Of a stretch of 64,000 nt of DNA, positions 11,981 to 21,671 are shown in pieces; the stretch's first letter is position 1; the number at the start of each line of letters is the position of its first letter. The DNA lies in NCBI GenBank assembly GCA_028286645.1, contig JAQBRF010000004.1, positions 408,942 through 472,941 on the forward strand. The letters run 5' to 3'. Both the position numbers and the translations under genes were made by a program. The stretch is from Candidatus Nomurabacteria bacterium (GTDB lineage: Bacteria; Patescibacteriota; Minisyncoccia; Phycocordibacterales; UBA5272). The notes beneath the pieces were generated by a model. The model was given only the letters and a program-made list of their open reading frames with translations, was not told the DNA's origin and did no database searches.

Positions 11981-12514
11981 TCACCCGGGAGCAGAACACT
12001 CCGGGAATTTCGAGAAGATCTCCTTCTGAAGACCTGTGAGGTAAACGACACGAAACCAGAAAGGAGGAAAAATGCCGTGGCAGTTATGTTTTATGGCCTC
12101 CACGTTAGCTGACCATTCGTCGACCCTGCGGCTCTTTCTCATAAGTTCGGCGACTTCTTCCTCGCTCATGCCGTAGCGCTCGTGTTCTTCCTTTGCGCAC
12201 GCCTCCTGGAGGAGCCGATACCCTTCACGGATGAAAAGCTCCATGTGATTATGGTAGACACTTCCAGGACGAACGTCCCGAGGTTGGCCTTCGAGGTATT
12301 GCGCAGTACTCGGTGACCCTTCGCAGCTCTTTTCCCCCTCAATGTCATACCACGGCAGAAGATGCCGGGCTGACGCAGTAAAGCAGGTGGCATTGCCGGC
12401 ATAGAGCCCGACGTACGCAGCGTTGTTGCGATCCGGGACCGGAGTACGGCATTTGTCGCAGAGCGGCTTTCCTTTGTCGTTGTATTCGGTAATTACTGTA
12501 AAGACAAGCATGAC
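11981..12514 (-). CDS. hypothetical protein on a GC-rich islet (likely horizontally acquired)
   Basis: ORF with GGAGA RBS before the internal Met (MLVFTVITEY...). GC clearly above flanks. Own strong terminator. No recognisable domain. Confidence 0.5.
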   Translation of the reverse strand, partial: VMLVFTVITEYNDKGKPLCDKCRTPVPDRNNAAYVGLYAGNATCFTASARHLLPWYDIEGEKSCEGSPSTAQYLEGQPRDVRPGSVYHNHMELFIREGYRLLQEACAKEEHERYGMSEEEVAELMRKSRRVDEWSANVEAIKHNCHGIFPPFWFRVVYLTGLQKEIFSKFPECSAPG

Positions 12515-12828
12515 GGTCTCCTTCAAATTTAGTGTGCGTTTCCGCACCCTAAAGAAGAAAATCACCATTTAAGACTGGGTGCGGTTCTGATTGATCCAAG
12601 AAAGTTGTTAGCTGTGCTTCATGATTCCCCCCACATAAAAATGAGCAGATAAATACAGTATAACATATTTGCCCGATATTGTCAATATTGAAAATCCCCT
12701 ATTTATTATGGCCATATTTCGGAATTGGTTAGAAAATAAGATGAGTACAATGCAAAGGAATTTTTTGAGACTAAAACGTACATACGTTGCGTGAGCAAAA
12801 GATTCTCTTAACGGAATAATCGCTTATA

Positions 12829-12944
12829 TTAAAGACTTAAATTTGCTACAGATACGCGAAGCCTAGGAATCTTTTTGAAGAAGTGTACAAAGAAGTACAT
12901 TGATGAAAAAAATTCTGTAGCGACAAAGTAGATGGAGTAAATTT
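12829..12944. mobile_element. MITE-like element: ~116 bp bounded by 15-22 bp terminal inverted repeats (copy 1)
   Basis: ATTAAAGACTTAAATTTGCTACAG ... CTGTAGC ... AAATTTAAGTCTTTAA. Internal TGTAC-N6-GTACA palindrome. Core ~70% identical to 47626..47680. Confidence 0.4.
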
Positions 12945-12950
12945 AAGTCT

Positions 12951-14699
12951 TTAAAGTTCGTTAATTTCGACAAAGGGAATCAGGCCGTTTATAGACTTGA
13001 TAATCGCATCCTCCTTCATGGTCATCATTCCATTCGCACGTGCTAGATGCCAGATTTCTTCCTCTCCCTTGCTGTGAAGCACAGCATCCTGAATAGGAGG
13101 AGTAAATGTCAGCACTTCAAATACAGGCACTCTTCCTTTCATTCCTGTTGGAAACTTTTCAGATGTTTTTACTTCATTTAACGGTTTATCAAGCGGAAGC
13201 TTGGATTTAAATTGCTCCGGCAGATCTTTAAACTGCTCTGCAATCATTTCTTTCATTCCATCATTTATTTCCATCGGCTTTGCACAACCTTCTGCGATGC
13301 CTCTCGAAAGTCTCTGCCCAATAGTTGCGATAATCGTTGGAGCTATCAAGTATGGCTCAATACCCATGTCTAACAGTCTTGTAATCACCCCTACGGCAGT
13401 GTTGGTGTGAATAGTAGAAAACACCAAGTGTCCCGTAAGCGCGGCTTGTATGGCCAGCTGCGCGGTTTCTGCGTCGCGTATTTCTCCTACCATGATTACA
13501 TCGGGGTCCTGGCGAAGAATAGATCGGAGACCAGAAGCAAATGTATATCCAATTTCTGGAAATATTTGCGATTGGTTCATGCTTGGAACGTTGTATTCTA
13601 TCGGATCTTCAAGAGAAACCACATTTCGGTGTTCTCGGTCAATCTCATTTAACATGGCATAAAGAGTGGTGGTTTTACCAGATCCAGTAGGTCCGCAGAT
13701 TAGTATTATTCCATAAGGCCTTGCTAGAGCATTTCGAATTTCTTTCATTTGTCCATCAGAGAAACCAAGAGTATCAACTGGACGCACTCCTTTATAGCTG
13801 TCCAATATACGTATCACCACCTTTTCCCCATAATATCCAGGGAATGTAGACACACGGTAGTCAATAGTGTGGTCTCCGAACTTTGTACTGAATCTTCCAT
13901 CTTGAGGCTTTCTCTTTTCGTCGAGCTTCATTCCGCAAAGAATCTTTACGCGCGCGAGCAGCATGGGATGCATTTTAACGGGAAGAGTGGTTATAGTTTC
14001 TAGCTGCCCATCAAGTCTGACTCTGGCCCGCACCCCTGTTCCGATATGTTCAATATGAATATCAGATGCTCCGTTATCAATAGCATAACGTAAAATAATA
14101 CTAAATATTTCCGGAATAGAAAGCTTAGCAAGATCGCTATCCAGCCCTGCACTTGTTACCGCCGTTAAATCAATATCTTCTCCAGTAGTCTCTTTCCCTT
14201 TTTCTCCATCGTCTTTAGATATATACGAAAGTACTTCATCTCCCACCTTATCTGTAAGACTGGTCTTTTCAAGTGGGGCGTCAGAGTTTATTCCAAAGTG
14301 CTTTTTATATGCGTCATATGTAATTAAAAATACTTTGTATGCAATATGATCCTTGCCGAAAAGGAATTGAAGACTGTCTAGAACATTTGCATGCTCTGGA
14401 TCTACCACTCCTACAGTTACCACTCCATCTTTTTCAGATAAAGGAACAGAGAGCAACTGCTTAGATTGTTGAACGCTTATATATTTTGTTAATTCTTTGT
14501 CATCTGATATATCACCTTTAAATATAGGCAGCCCGTAAAGAATGCTTCTTACCTCCGTGATTTCCTCTGTTGTAATGTTTTTCTTAACTAAAATAGAATC
14601 AACCAAGATATCATCGCGCACTGAAATATCAGACTCAATGTCTTTAGCTTCAAGCTCGGTTAATTTATTTTGACTAACGAAGAGGTCTAGAAGAAGCAT
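12951..14699 (-). CDS. pilB: type IV pilus assembly ATPase (GspE/PilB family)
   Basis: 582 aa. N-terminal T2SSE_N domain, Walker A GPTGSGKTTT, tetracysteine-less CPR-style C-terminus. Confidence 0.9.
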   Translation of the reverse strand: MLLLDLFVSQNKLTELEAKDIESDISVRDDILVDSILVKKNITTEEITEVRSILYGLPIFKGDISDDKELTKYISVQQSKQLLSVPLSEKDGVVTVGVVDPEHANVLDSLQFLFGKDHIAYKVFLITYDAYKKHFGINSDAPLEKTSLTDKVGDEVLSYISKDDGEKGKETTGEDIDLTAVTSAGLDSDLAKLSIPEIFSIILRYAIDNGASDIHIEHIGTGVRARVRLDGQLETITTLPVKMHPMLLARVKILCGMKLDEKRKPQDGRFSTKFGDHTIDYRVSTFPGYYGEKVVIRILDSYKGVRPVDTLGFSDGQMKEIRNALARPYGIILICGPTGSGKTTTLYAMLNEIDREHRNVVSLEDPIEYNVPSMNQSQIFPEIGYTFASGLRSILRQDPDVIMVGEIRDAETAQLAIQAALTGHLVFSTIHTNTAVGVITRLLDMGIEPYLIAPTIIATIGQRLSRGIAEGCAKPMEINDGMKEMIAEQFKDLPEQFKSKLPLDKPLNEVKTSEKFPTGMKGRVPVFEVLTFTPPIQDAVLHSKGEEEIWHLARANGMMTMKEDAIIKSINGLIPFVEINEL

Positions 14700-15012
14700 A
14701 TGGTACGAAAGGATCTAATCTGCCGCGGGAAGCGGTCTCCCCTATAATTTCTGTATGATCTACAAGCGACTTTACTAATGTTGAATTCATAAAAGAAACA
14801 TCTTTAAAGGAAATCTTATCTTGAGTCTTGGATTTTAAGAAAAGAGTAATGTTTTGGCCTAACAGTGACTCATTGGCAGCTACAGTCGTCGTAGTCGCGG
14901 AATTTTCAGAAAACATTCCATATATGTAATAGCCTACGATAATGACAATAACCACTCCTACTATTTCTAATATAAGAGATTTTTTTTGGACTAAAATTGA
15001 TGGAATTTGCAT
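14674..15012 (-). CDS. small single-pass membrane protein (pilus-cluster associated)
   Basis: 112 aa with one TM. Overlaps the pilB start by 26 nt. Confidence 0.35.
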   Translation of the reverse strand: MQIPSILVQKKSLILEIVGVVIVIIVGYYIYGMFSENSATTTTVAANESLLGQNITLFLKSKTQDKISFKDVSFMNSTLVKSLVDHTEIIGETASRGRLDPFVPYASSRPLR

Positions 15013-15013
15013 A

Positions 15014-15562
15014 TTATTTCAAATAGTAAGTGCTTAACTTAACTTGATAGTTTGTAGAAGTTCCGGGCTCCGTAGACACACTAAATGAGGTCGATTCAAT
15101 ATTATACAGCCTCATACTCTTTTCATAACTATCTAGCAGCTGCTTAAACTTAGTATAGGTGGTTTTTGTTGAAAAACTAACTGTATATGATCCTCGACCT
15201 CCTACTGCCGGGTTCTCTGAGTATGATAAATCTGAGATTGGAACACCTGTCGTGTTTGCGATATTATCTACTTCACTTAAGAGTCTAACTGGATCAATCT
15301 TAGCAGGAACCATCGTTTCTATTTTCTTCTTTGTGTCAGCATCAATGTTATTGTATTGTTTCTTCAAAGTTTCTGCTTCATTATAAAGCTCATTTACTTG
15401 CGCCACAGTTTTCGTATACTCCTCATTCGAAGTCTTAAGGGCGGTAATTGATTGTTCTGGCTGCCAAACAGTTCCCCCGCCTGAATATAATGGACTTATA
15501 ACCACGTAATAAAGAGCGAATGATCCTACTATGAGCAAAGTGTTTAATAATCTGGGTGACAT
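15014..15562 (-). CDS. PilO-like pilus assembly membrane protein
   Basis: 182 aa, N-terminal TM then coiled-coil. Position between PilN-like and pilB. Confidence 0.45.
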   Translation of the reverse strand: MSPRLLNTLLIVGSFALYYVVISPLYSGGGTVWQPEQSITALKTSNEEYTKTVAQVNELYNEAETLKKQYNNIDADTKKKIETMVPAKIDPVRLLSEVDNIANTTGVPISDLSYSENPAVGGRGSYTVSFSTKTTYTKFKQLLDSYEKSMRLYNIESTSFSVSTEPGTSTNYQVKLSTYYLK

Positions 15563-15566
15563 ATAG

Positions 15567-16337
15567 TTATGGTCTTAATTTAGGAAGGGTTCCTGTTGCT
15601 GTGGGATTTATCATCTTTGTGCTCGACGCTTGAGGGATAATTAACGAAGCGCTGCTTGTGGCAGTGGTGGTCGATACATTAAGCGGCTCCACAGGAGGAG
15701 CAACTCCTAGAACTAATTCTTCTGGCAATACTCCGGAAATTGCTATATTCATTTTTAAATCAAAACCCACTTTTCCAGTATCATCGGGATGCAGACCCGC
15801 GATCGCGAGGTCAGATATATAGCTGCTGTAGGGTTTATTTTTAAGAGTCTCCATTTGTTGAACGATAGTTTTATAATCTGGGGCGGTTGCAGTTAAAGCA
15901 AGCAAATATGTTTTCTTGGCGTCATCATATCTTAAATCAAATCTAGAATAGGTCACTGGATTTTCCACGCTTTCTTCAAGAAGCCTAAAAGCGGCATTTT
16001 CAGATGGGTGATTTTTAACTAAAACATTTATATATTTTATTCTATTTGAGAGTGCTCTCATATCTTCAAGTGGAAGACCTCCAAGTTTAGCCTCATAATC
16101 ATTTATTAATTGCTGCTTAGATGTTATTTGTGACCCTAAATACCAGTGATACCCAAATAATGCAATGGCAGCGAGTATGAAAATGCCAAATATTCCATAA
16201 AGTATTTTTTGGAAAAAACCTACCCCTTCTGGAAGTCGCGAAGAAAAGCTAAGCGAAGATAAAGAAGAGCTTGACGCTCCCGAAACATCGGAAGACGTGC
16301 TTTGATTTGCTTGTGATGGTTTAAATGAAAACGGCAT
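15567..16337 (-). CDS. PilN-like pilus assembly membrane protein
   Basis: 256 aa, Ser-rich N-terminus, single TM, periplasmic domain. Immediately downstream of pilM. Confidence 0.4.
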   Translation of the reverse strand: MPFSFKPSQANQSTSSDVSGASSSSLSSLSFSSRLPEGVGFFQKILYGIFGIFILAAIALFGYHWYLGSQITSKQQLINDYEAKLGGLPLEDMRALSNRIKYINVLVKNHPSENAAFRLLEESVENPVTYSRFDLRYDDAKKTYLLALTATAPDYKTIVQQMETLKNKPYSSYISDLAIAGLHPDDTGKVGFDLKMNIAISGVLPEELVLGVAPPVEPLNVSTTTATSSASLIIPQASSTKMINPTATGTLPKLRP

Positions 16338-16338
16338 T

Positions 16339-17412
16339 TTAGATTTGAGGAACTAACTTCTTTAGAGCACACCCGACTGCAAGAGAGTATGTCGGACCCA
16401 CTCTTTCTATCATCTCGTGTAAAAACGCGGGCACTTCTATTTGATCAAATGGAGATGCGAGCCTGCCCGCGATATGAACAGTAGAATTATATGCATCCAT
16501 TAATCCTTTTGTACGCGCTCCTCCGCCGGATAAAATTATTCCTTCAATGTTCTGATTATACTTTCTTTCATACATAAGAGATAGTCTTGCGATCTCTCCA
16601 AAAAGTGGATAACTACTTAATTCCATAATTTCTTTTATATATGGATTTGATTTATCGCCAACATATCCGAATTCCCTCTTCGTGCTTTCTGCTGTATCGA
16701 TTGGGATGGATAATGCTTTAGAAAGTTGTATAGTCGCATCTTGAGATCCCTTGCTTATAACATGCATGTCTAAAACAGTATTTTCATGAGTCAATGAAAG
16801 GGTGGTGTACTGAGAACCAATATCAGCATATAAAATCATTCCGCGGTTTTGTGTTGGCGCGCTGCGCAAAAGACTATAACCATGAACTTCATATTCTACA
16901 TTTGTAAGCTCAAGCTTATGCACAATTCTGTCATACATAGCCAGTGTCTCATTATTCACCGCCGCCAATACGATATTTATCATTCTTTCGTCTTTGCCGA
17001 TGTTTAACATGCTTGGGATATGCCACCAATCCATTTGCACCTCAGTTAAAGGTACGGGAATATATTTTCTGGCCTCAAGAGGTATCATGGTTCTAAGCTC
17101 CCTGTCATCTACTTTTGGGACTTTTACAAGAGCCACATATCCGGCAGACGGGTCTATCGCCACTACCGTATCCCTTGCTGTTATTTTGGCTTCTTTAAAT
17201 AAATCGCCTATTGCCTCGATGGTCTTTTCTTCTCCTAGATGAACCGCTTGACCTGACTCTTTCCCAGCATATGGGCCAAGCTCAATCTCTCCATATGTAT
17301 CTAAAATTATTTTCTCTTTTTCACGCCGAAGCTGAACAACTTTTATCGAAGAAGTTCCAATGTCTAGACCAATAGCCTGACCAATTTCCTCTTTCTTAAA
17401 GAAATGAAACAT
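16339..17412 (-). CDS. pilM: type IV pilus assembly ATPase-fold protein PilM (actin-like)
   Basis: 357 aa. IGLDIGTSSIKVVQL N-terminal phosphate-1 motif of the actin/HSP70 fold typical of PilM/FtsA. Confidence 0.7.
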   Translation of the reverse strand: MFHFFKKEEIGQAIGLDIGTSSIKVVQLRREKEKIILDTYGEIELGPYAGKESGQAVHLGEEKTIEAIGDLFKEAKITARDTVVAIDPSAGYVALVKVPKVDDRELRTMIPLEARKYIPVPLTEVQMDWWHIPSMLNIGKDERMINIVLAAVNNETLAMYDRIVHKLELTNVEYEVHGYSLLRSAPTQNRGMILYADIGSQYTTLSLTHENTVLDMHVISKGSQDATIQLSKALSIPIDTAESTKREFGYVGDKSNPYIKEIMELSSYPLFGEIARLSLMYERKYNQNIEGIILSGGGARTKGLMDAYNSTVHIAGRLASPFDQIEVPAFLHEMIERVGPTYSLAVGCALKKLVPQI

Positions 17413-17458
17413 ATAAGATCAAGTATACACTGCCGGAGATCTAGATTTATGTATACAC

Positions 17459-18109
17459 TTGATTAATATGTGGACGATTACAGGCTTCTTTTCAAATCTT
17501 TTTAAAGTTTTTTTTCCGCCTTCCTGCTTGGGGTGTAAATCTAAAAATGTTTCAATATGCCGCACATGTCTGCAGAAAGTGAGCCGGGCAGTTGAAGCTC
17601 CTTATATTTATATGACAAGCATTTACAGTTATAAAGATCAGCTTATAAGAAACTCAATCAGAAAGATCAAATATTATCACAGAAAAGATTTGATCGACCC
17701 CTTAACGGATGAATTAGCAAAAGAAATTTTAAATGAAGCTAATGGCTATAGACTAATGGCTAATGACTGGACTTTGGTCCCCATCCCCATGTCAAGATTT
17801 AGAAAATATATGCGAGGCTATAACCAGGCAGAGTTGATTGCGACATCTTTAGGAGAAAAATGTAATATTCATGTTGACCATTCTGTTCTTAAGCGTTCTC
17901 GCAGCCCGATAAGCCAGGTGCATACCCGCACCAGAAGTGAACGACTTAAAAATCAAAATAATAGTTTTAAAGTTTGCAAAGACATTAAAGGAAGGAATTT
18001 TATTTTAGTAGATGATGTTACTACAACAGGCGCAACTATTTCCGAAGCAAGGAAACAACTATTGAAGACCGGAGCGCGAGAAGTGCTTGCAGTAACCATA
18101 GCCCATTGA
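17459..18109 (+). CDS. comFC: ComF family phosphoribosyltransferase-domain competence protein
   Basis: N-terminal double zinc ribbon (CLGCKS...CRTCLQK) plus PRTase motif FILVDDVTTTGATI. Confidence 0.75.
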   Translation: MINMWTITGFFSNLFKVFFPPSCLGCKSKNVSICRTCLQKVSRAVEAPYIYMTSIYSYKDQLIRNSIRKIKYYHRKDLIDPLTDELAKEILNEANGYRLMANDWTLVPIPMSRFRKYMRGYNQAELIATSLGEKCNIHVDHSVLKRSRSPISQVHTRTRSERLKNQNNSFKVCKDIKGRNFILVDDVTTTGATISEARKQLLKTGAREVLAVTIAH

Positions 18110-18141
18110 CTTAACATATTATTAACATTAGTATTCCAAAC

Positions 18142-18735
18142 ATGAACCCTTCTATGACACCTTCTGGGAAAGAAAGGAACTACATTCCGTGGAATCGGAA
18201 GTGGAATGTAGTTAGACGACATTTACCAATCATTCTTAAGCCAACGGCTGCGGGCTTAATCCTTGTGATTATTTGGAAACTTGTTTTATATGATAATGGA
18301 ATCTTTTTTTCAAAACATTCGGAGAATCCCATTTTGTTTCTTATAATGCCGCTCGTTGCATTTATTTATGTCATTTTTGCAAGCGTAGCCGTAGAATCAG
18401 TCTTTTCAGAATATAAAATAATATCTAAGTGCGTAGTTACAAGAGATTTAGAAACATTTCTTCTTTATAGAGATGAGCAGCTTCCCATTATGATGCACAT
18501 TCTTGTCGGCTCTCCGTCATTTATACTTATTATTCTTTCACTTTTTTTTAATTATGATGATGCCATAATCGGCGCTGTAGCTATTTTTCTCATCACTTTC
18601 GTAGTCGTCTTAACATGGGTTATATCCACTGAGCTTGATGATTATGAAAGAAGCATTTGGTTTAAGGAAAAAATTCCTAAAGAGTGGTATGAGATTGACA
18701 TTGAATCATTCTTCAAAGAAAAATCTAAGTTTTAA
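18142..18735 (+). CDS. hypothetical membrane protein
   Basis: 197 aa, 4-5 predicted TM helices. Confidence 0.4.
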   Translation: MNPSMTPSGKERNYIPWNRKWNVVRRHLPIILKPTAAGLILVIIWKLVLYDNGIFFSKHSENPILFLIMPLVAFIYVIFASVAVESVFSEYKIISKCVVTRDLETFLLYRDEQLPIMMHILVGSPSFILIILSLFFNYDDAIIGAVAIFLITFVVVLTWVISTELDDYERSIWFKEKIPKEWYEIDIESFFKEKSKF

Positions 18736-19156
18736 TCTTTATATCATCTATATTAGCGACAGTTAGCCAGGCGTTTCCCGTCCCAAACCCTTCTTTATTT
18801 ATTTGAAAGGGTTTTTGAATTAGTGCCGGACGCGCTAAGTAAACTAAAATGCAATACTTCGGACACTTGCCCCAAGTCTTACAATCGCTATTAACTATAC
18901 AGATTTTCTTTCCATACTTTGTTACTATTTTTTGCGCAGCATCCATATCCTTTATCTCAAACTGCTCTACTTTTATTACTTTTGCAATAGCCGTTACCGG
19001 CTTGCCAGAATCTTTTAAATAAATTACATCTCCCGGCTTTACTTTATCCCATGGATCTCTTTTCGTCTGATACCATCTAGACTCAATAGTTTTCTTACCG
19101 TCGATAATCTTATCAATCATCTTCCAAGACGGATTCATTATTGCAACGTGGTCCAT
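18725..19156 (-). CDS. ASCH (PUA-like) domain protein
   Basis: 143 aa. Pattern IESRWY...PGDVIYL matches the ASCH fold. Preceded by the heptad leader motif. Confidence 0.5.
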   Translation of the reverse strand: MDHVAIMNPSWKMIDKIIDGKKTIESRWYQTKRDPWDKVKPGDVIYLKDSGKPVTAIAKVIKVEQFEIKDMDAAQKIVTKYGKKICIVNSDCKTWGKCPKYCILVYLARPALIQKPFQINKEGFGTGNAWLTVANIDDIKIKT

Positions 19157-19203
19157 ATAGCTATATAGCAGGCATTAGATTTTAGACGTTAGATAATACA
19201 TTT

Positions 19204-19770
19204 TTAATACTTTCGAAAGAGTTTTTTGAAATCTTCTTCCATATAATATTTAACTAAATTGTACGCGATAATATATACAGTGCCTACAATAAACACTTCC
19301 CAGATACCAGTTACATAAGAATAAATAAGTGTAGGAATAACATAGTACCAAGCCAATTCGGAAATAATGTGCACAAAGCTATGATCTCTTACCTTATCTC
19401 CAAAGTAATCTTTCATTGCACCGAATATACTGAATACCAAGAAAAAAGTAATAAAACTAGTTGGTTCTATTGTTTGAGTAAATAAGAATGTAATAATTAT
19501 TATCACGGTTGCGATAGCATGATTCCAGTAGTCTATTCTCATTCTTACGATAAAGGCGAGAACCATTGCCATAACCAGATTGGCTACATATATATTTGAA
19601 ATAATTAAAAGAGCACCAAATAAGCCCCAGAGTATTCCCATCATTATGATTGCTCCTTTAAACCATTCCCTTACTCCATGCTCATTGAATAGATCTGCCA
19701 TCTTCATAGACGATCCATACAATAAAGAAAGTGTAATTAAAATCGGAATTGAGGATAAATAGATAATCAT
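19204..19770 (-). CDS. hypothetical membrane protein
   Basis: 188 aa, 5-6 TM helices. Confidence 0.4.
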   Translation of the reverse strand: MIIYLSSIPILITLSLLYGSSMKMADLFNEHGVREWFKGAIIMMGILWGLFGALLIISNIYVANLVMAMVLAFIVRMRIDYWNHAIATVIIIITFLFTQTIEPTSFITFFLVFSIFGAMKDYFGDKVRDHSFVHIISELAWYYVIPTLIYSYVTGIWEVFIVGTVYIIAYNLVKYYMEEDFKKLFRKY

Positions 19771-19951
19771 AGTTATTACTTGAATTTCTTCATCTCTTTA
19801 ACAATATCCTTATAACAATAAATACAAATATGGAGCTTCTTTACGTTGTTGTTTTTCGGAGGAGAAAATAAAAGTCCGCCGAAGTCTTTCAATTCTTTTT
19901 TACATCTGTCGCATTTGGGTCGTATGGCCATATGCTTAGTATACCCCTTTT

Positions 19952-20599
19952 CTATTGCACTTTTACCGTCTGCATCATGTGATCTACTATATTATCTAAA
20001 TCAAATGATTTTGATTTTCTTTCACACGCTTCTTTATTTGTTCTGTCGGCATAATTACATGAAGTTAAAAGCAAATCCACTGTTAAACGCATTACATGTG
20101 ATGTATCAGCTTCCTTATGAGGAAAGGTATAAGTATAGATGGCATGAGTTCTTCCCTCTGCCCCTTCTGAGACAGTAGAAATACAATAGGTGTGGCCATT
20201 TATAACTTTACTTTCCACCTTTTTATTCTCGCTTATTTTATTAATATCTATAGTACAGCTAGATTCGTCGTCGACTATTTCTAGTTTAGGCGGCCACGTT
20301 ACAGGCAGAATATAAATATTTCCTAAAGATGAAAGATAATTAAATGTAACTGTAGACCCATTACTTTCTGTTGTAGCGTTTAATACCTCATCTTTTGTCT
20401 TTGTGCATTCACTGGTAACACATTTAGTTATTGTATGAATTTTATTTGCTACGCGCGGACTAAAAATAAAGAATGAGTCAATAACAACAACAGCAAGAAG
20501 CATTATGATTAATCCAGTAAGAATGTGTACGACATGTTGATCGTGTGTCTCAACTTTTTTTCTAGGCATGAGTAAATTGTAGCACCGAAATATATTCAC
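19952..20599 (-). CDS. membrane-anchored Cys-containing secreted protein, paralog A
   Basis: N-terminal TM. Conserved INGHTYC...SEGA.G..Y.YTFP...C.NY....K..CE......FD...IVD.M.QT.K motifs shared with 20663..21304. Confidence 0.5.
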   Translation of the reverse strand: MNIFRCYNLLMPRKKVETHDQHVVHILTGLIIMLLAVVVIDSFFIFSPRVANKIHTITKCVTSECTKTKDEVLNATTESNGSTVTFNYLSSLGNIYILPVTWPPKLEIVDDESSCTIDINKISENKKVESKVINGHTYCISTVSEGAEGRTHAIYTYTFPHKEADTSHVMRLTVDLLLTSCNYADRTNKEACERKSKSFDLDNIVDHMMQTVKVQ

Positions 20600-20662
20600 G
20601 CTACAAAGTTATACAGATATTGATTAATTATATAAATATTCTTACGAAAGAATTTAATTACT

Positions 20663-21304
20663 TTATTTAATTGTTTGGACCATTTGATCTACAATCTTTC
20701 CTATATCAAATGTTGCTCGCTCATTTTCACATGTTGTTTTGTTTGGCTCATCATAATTTCCACACTGGATAAATCGCAAGCTAAATGTAAAGGTTAGCGC
20801 TACTTCTTTAGGATTATATGGAAATGTATACGCATACATTGTATACATACTTCCGGCGGCTCCTTCTGATCTTTTCGTCACACAATATGTGTGCCCATTA
20901 ATTAGTTGTACTTTAGTGATTCCACCCGAGGCAGTTTCAGACCCGGCCTCTGTACAATCAAAGACTTCGTCCGTGGCTTGAAGTATGGGTGGCCAATCAG
21001 TTTGAATTATATATGGTGTTGAAATGCTTTTCGGATATTTAAATGTTAAAGACAGCTCATCACTTGAACTGCTGGTTCCCCAGCTGCTGGTATCAAGTTG
21101 CGGACACTCTGCAAATTCACACATTGGGCCGCCTCTTCCTACACTAGATCCATCCGGACAAATCTTGGCTTCCGTAGTACATGCCGTTGGTTCATTGTCA
21201 TTGCTCTTAGAGACATACTGAGACCATGCCAAACCTCCTACCACTATTATTAATAAGATAACCACAATAGGAACAATGAGGCTTTTATTTTGTTTAGATT
21301 CCAC
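20663..21304 (-). CDS. membrane-anchored Cys-containing secreted protein, paralog B
   Basis: 213 aa. Clear sequence similarity to 19952..20599 over the C-terminal ~130 aa. Confidence 0.5.
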   Translation of the reverse strand: MESKQNKSLIVPIVVILLIIVVGGLAWSQYVSKSNDNEPTACTTEAKICPDGSSVGRGGPMCEFAECPQLDTSSWGTSSSSDELSLTFKYPKSISTPYIIQTDWPPILQATDEVFDCTEAGSETASGGITKVQLINGHTYCVTKRSEGAAGSMYTMYAYTFPYNPKEVALTFTFSLRFIQCGNYDEPNKTTCENERATFDIGKIVDQMVQTIK

Positions 21305-21369
21305 ATACTTAGTTTAACAGTTAAATAAGTAAGTTGTGACGATAACAATAGGAATCAATAAACCAGACA

Positions 21370-21400
21370 AATAAAAAAGTCCTCGCGCACGCGCGAGGGC
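21370..21400 (-). terminator. rho-independent terminator
   Basis: CCTCGCGCACGCGCGAGG hairpin followed by a T-run on the minus strand. Confidence 0.5.
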
Positions 21401-21423
21401 TTGATCATCATGTGAGTGCCAGC

Positions 21424-21633
21424 TCAGATGATGATCTCTTTTGGTTGAGGAACGACTTCGTACACCGGCACCGGCAAGTCCGGGTATGTCTGGTACATCG
21501 TCGGCGACGGAACTGGTACTTGTTGCACAGGTGCCGGTTGCTTGACCTGCGACATCATCATCGCAAACACGCTGATCGCTATGATCGCGAGCGAACACGT
21601 CTTCACCACGTCCGAAAAGTCAGTCCAATTCAT
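21424..21633 (-). CDS. small Pro-rich secreted protein (GC-rich islet)
   Basis: 69 aa, signal-peptide-like N-terminus, AAGGGAGAG RBS 6 nt upstream. Confidence 0.45.
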   Translation of the reverse strand: MNWTDFSDVVKTCSLAIIAISVFAMMMSQVKQPAPVQQVPVPSPTMYQTYPDLPVPVYEVVPQPKEIII

Positions 21634-21671
21634 GTTGCTCTCCCTTCTTGGTTATGAGTGATCGAGAGCAT

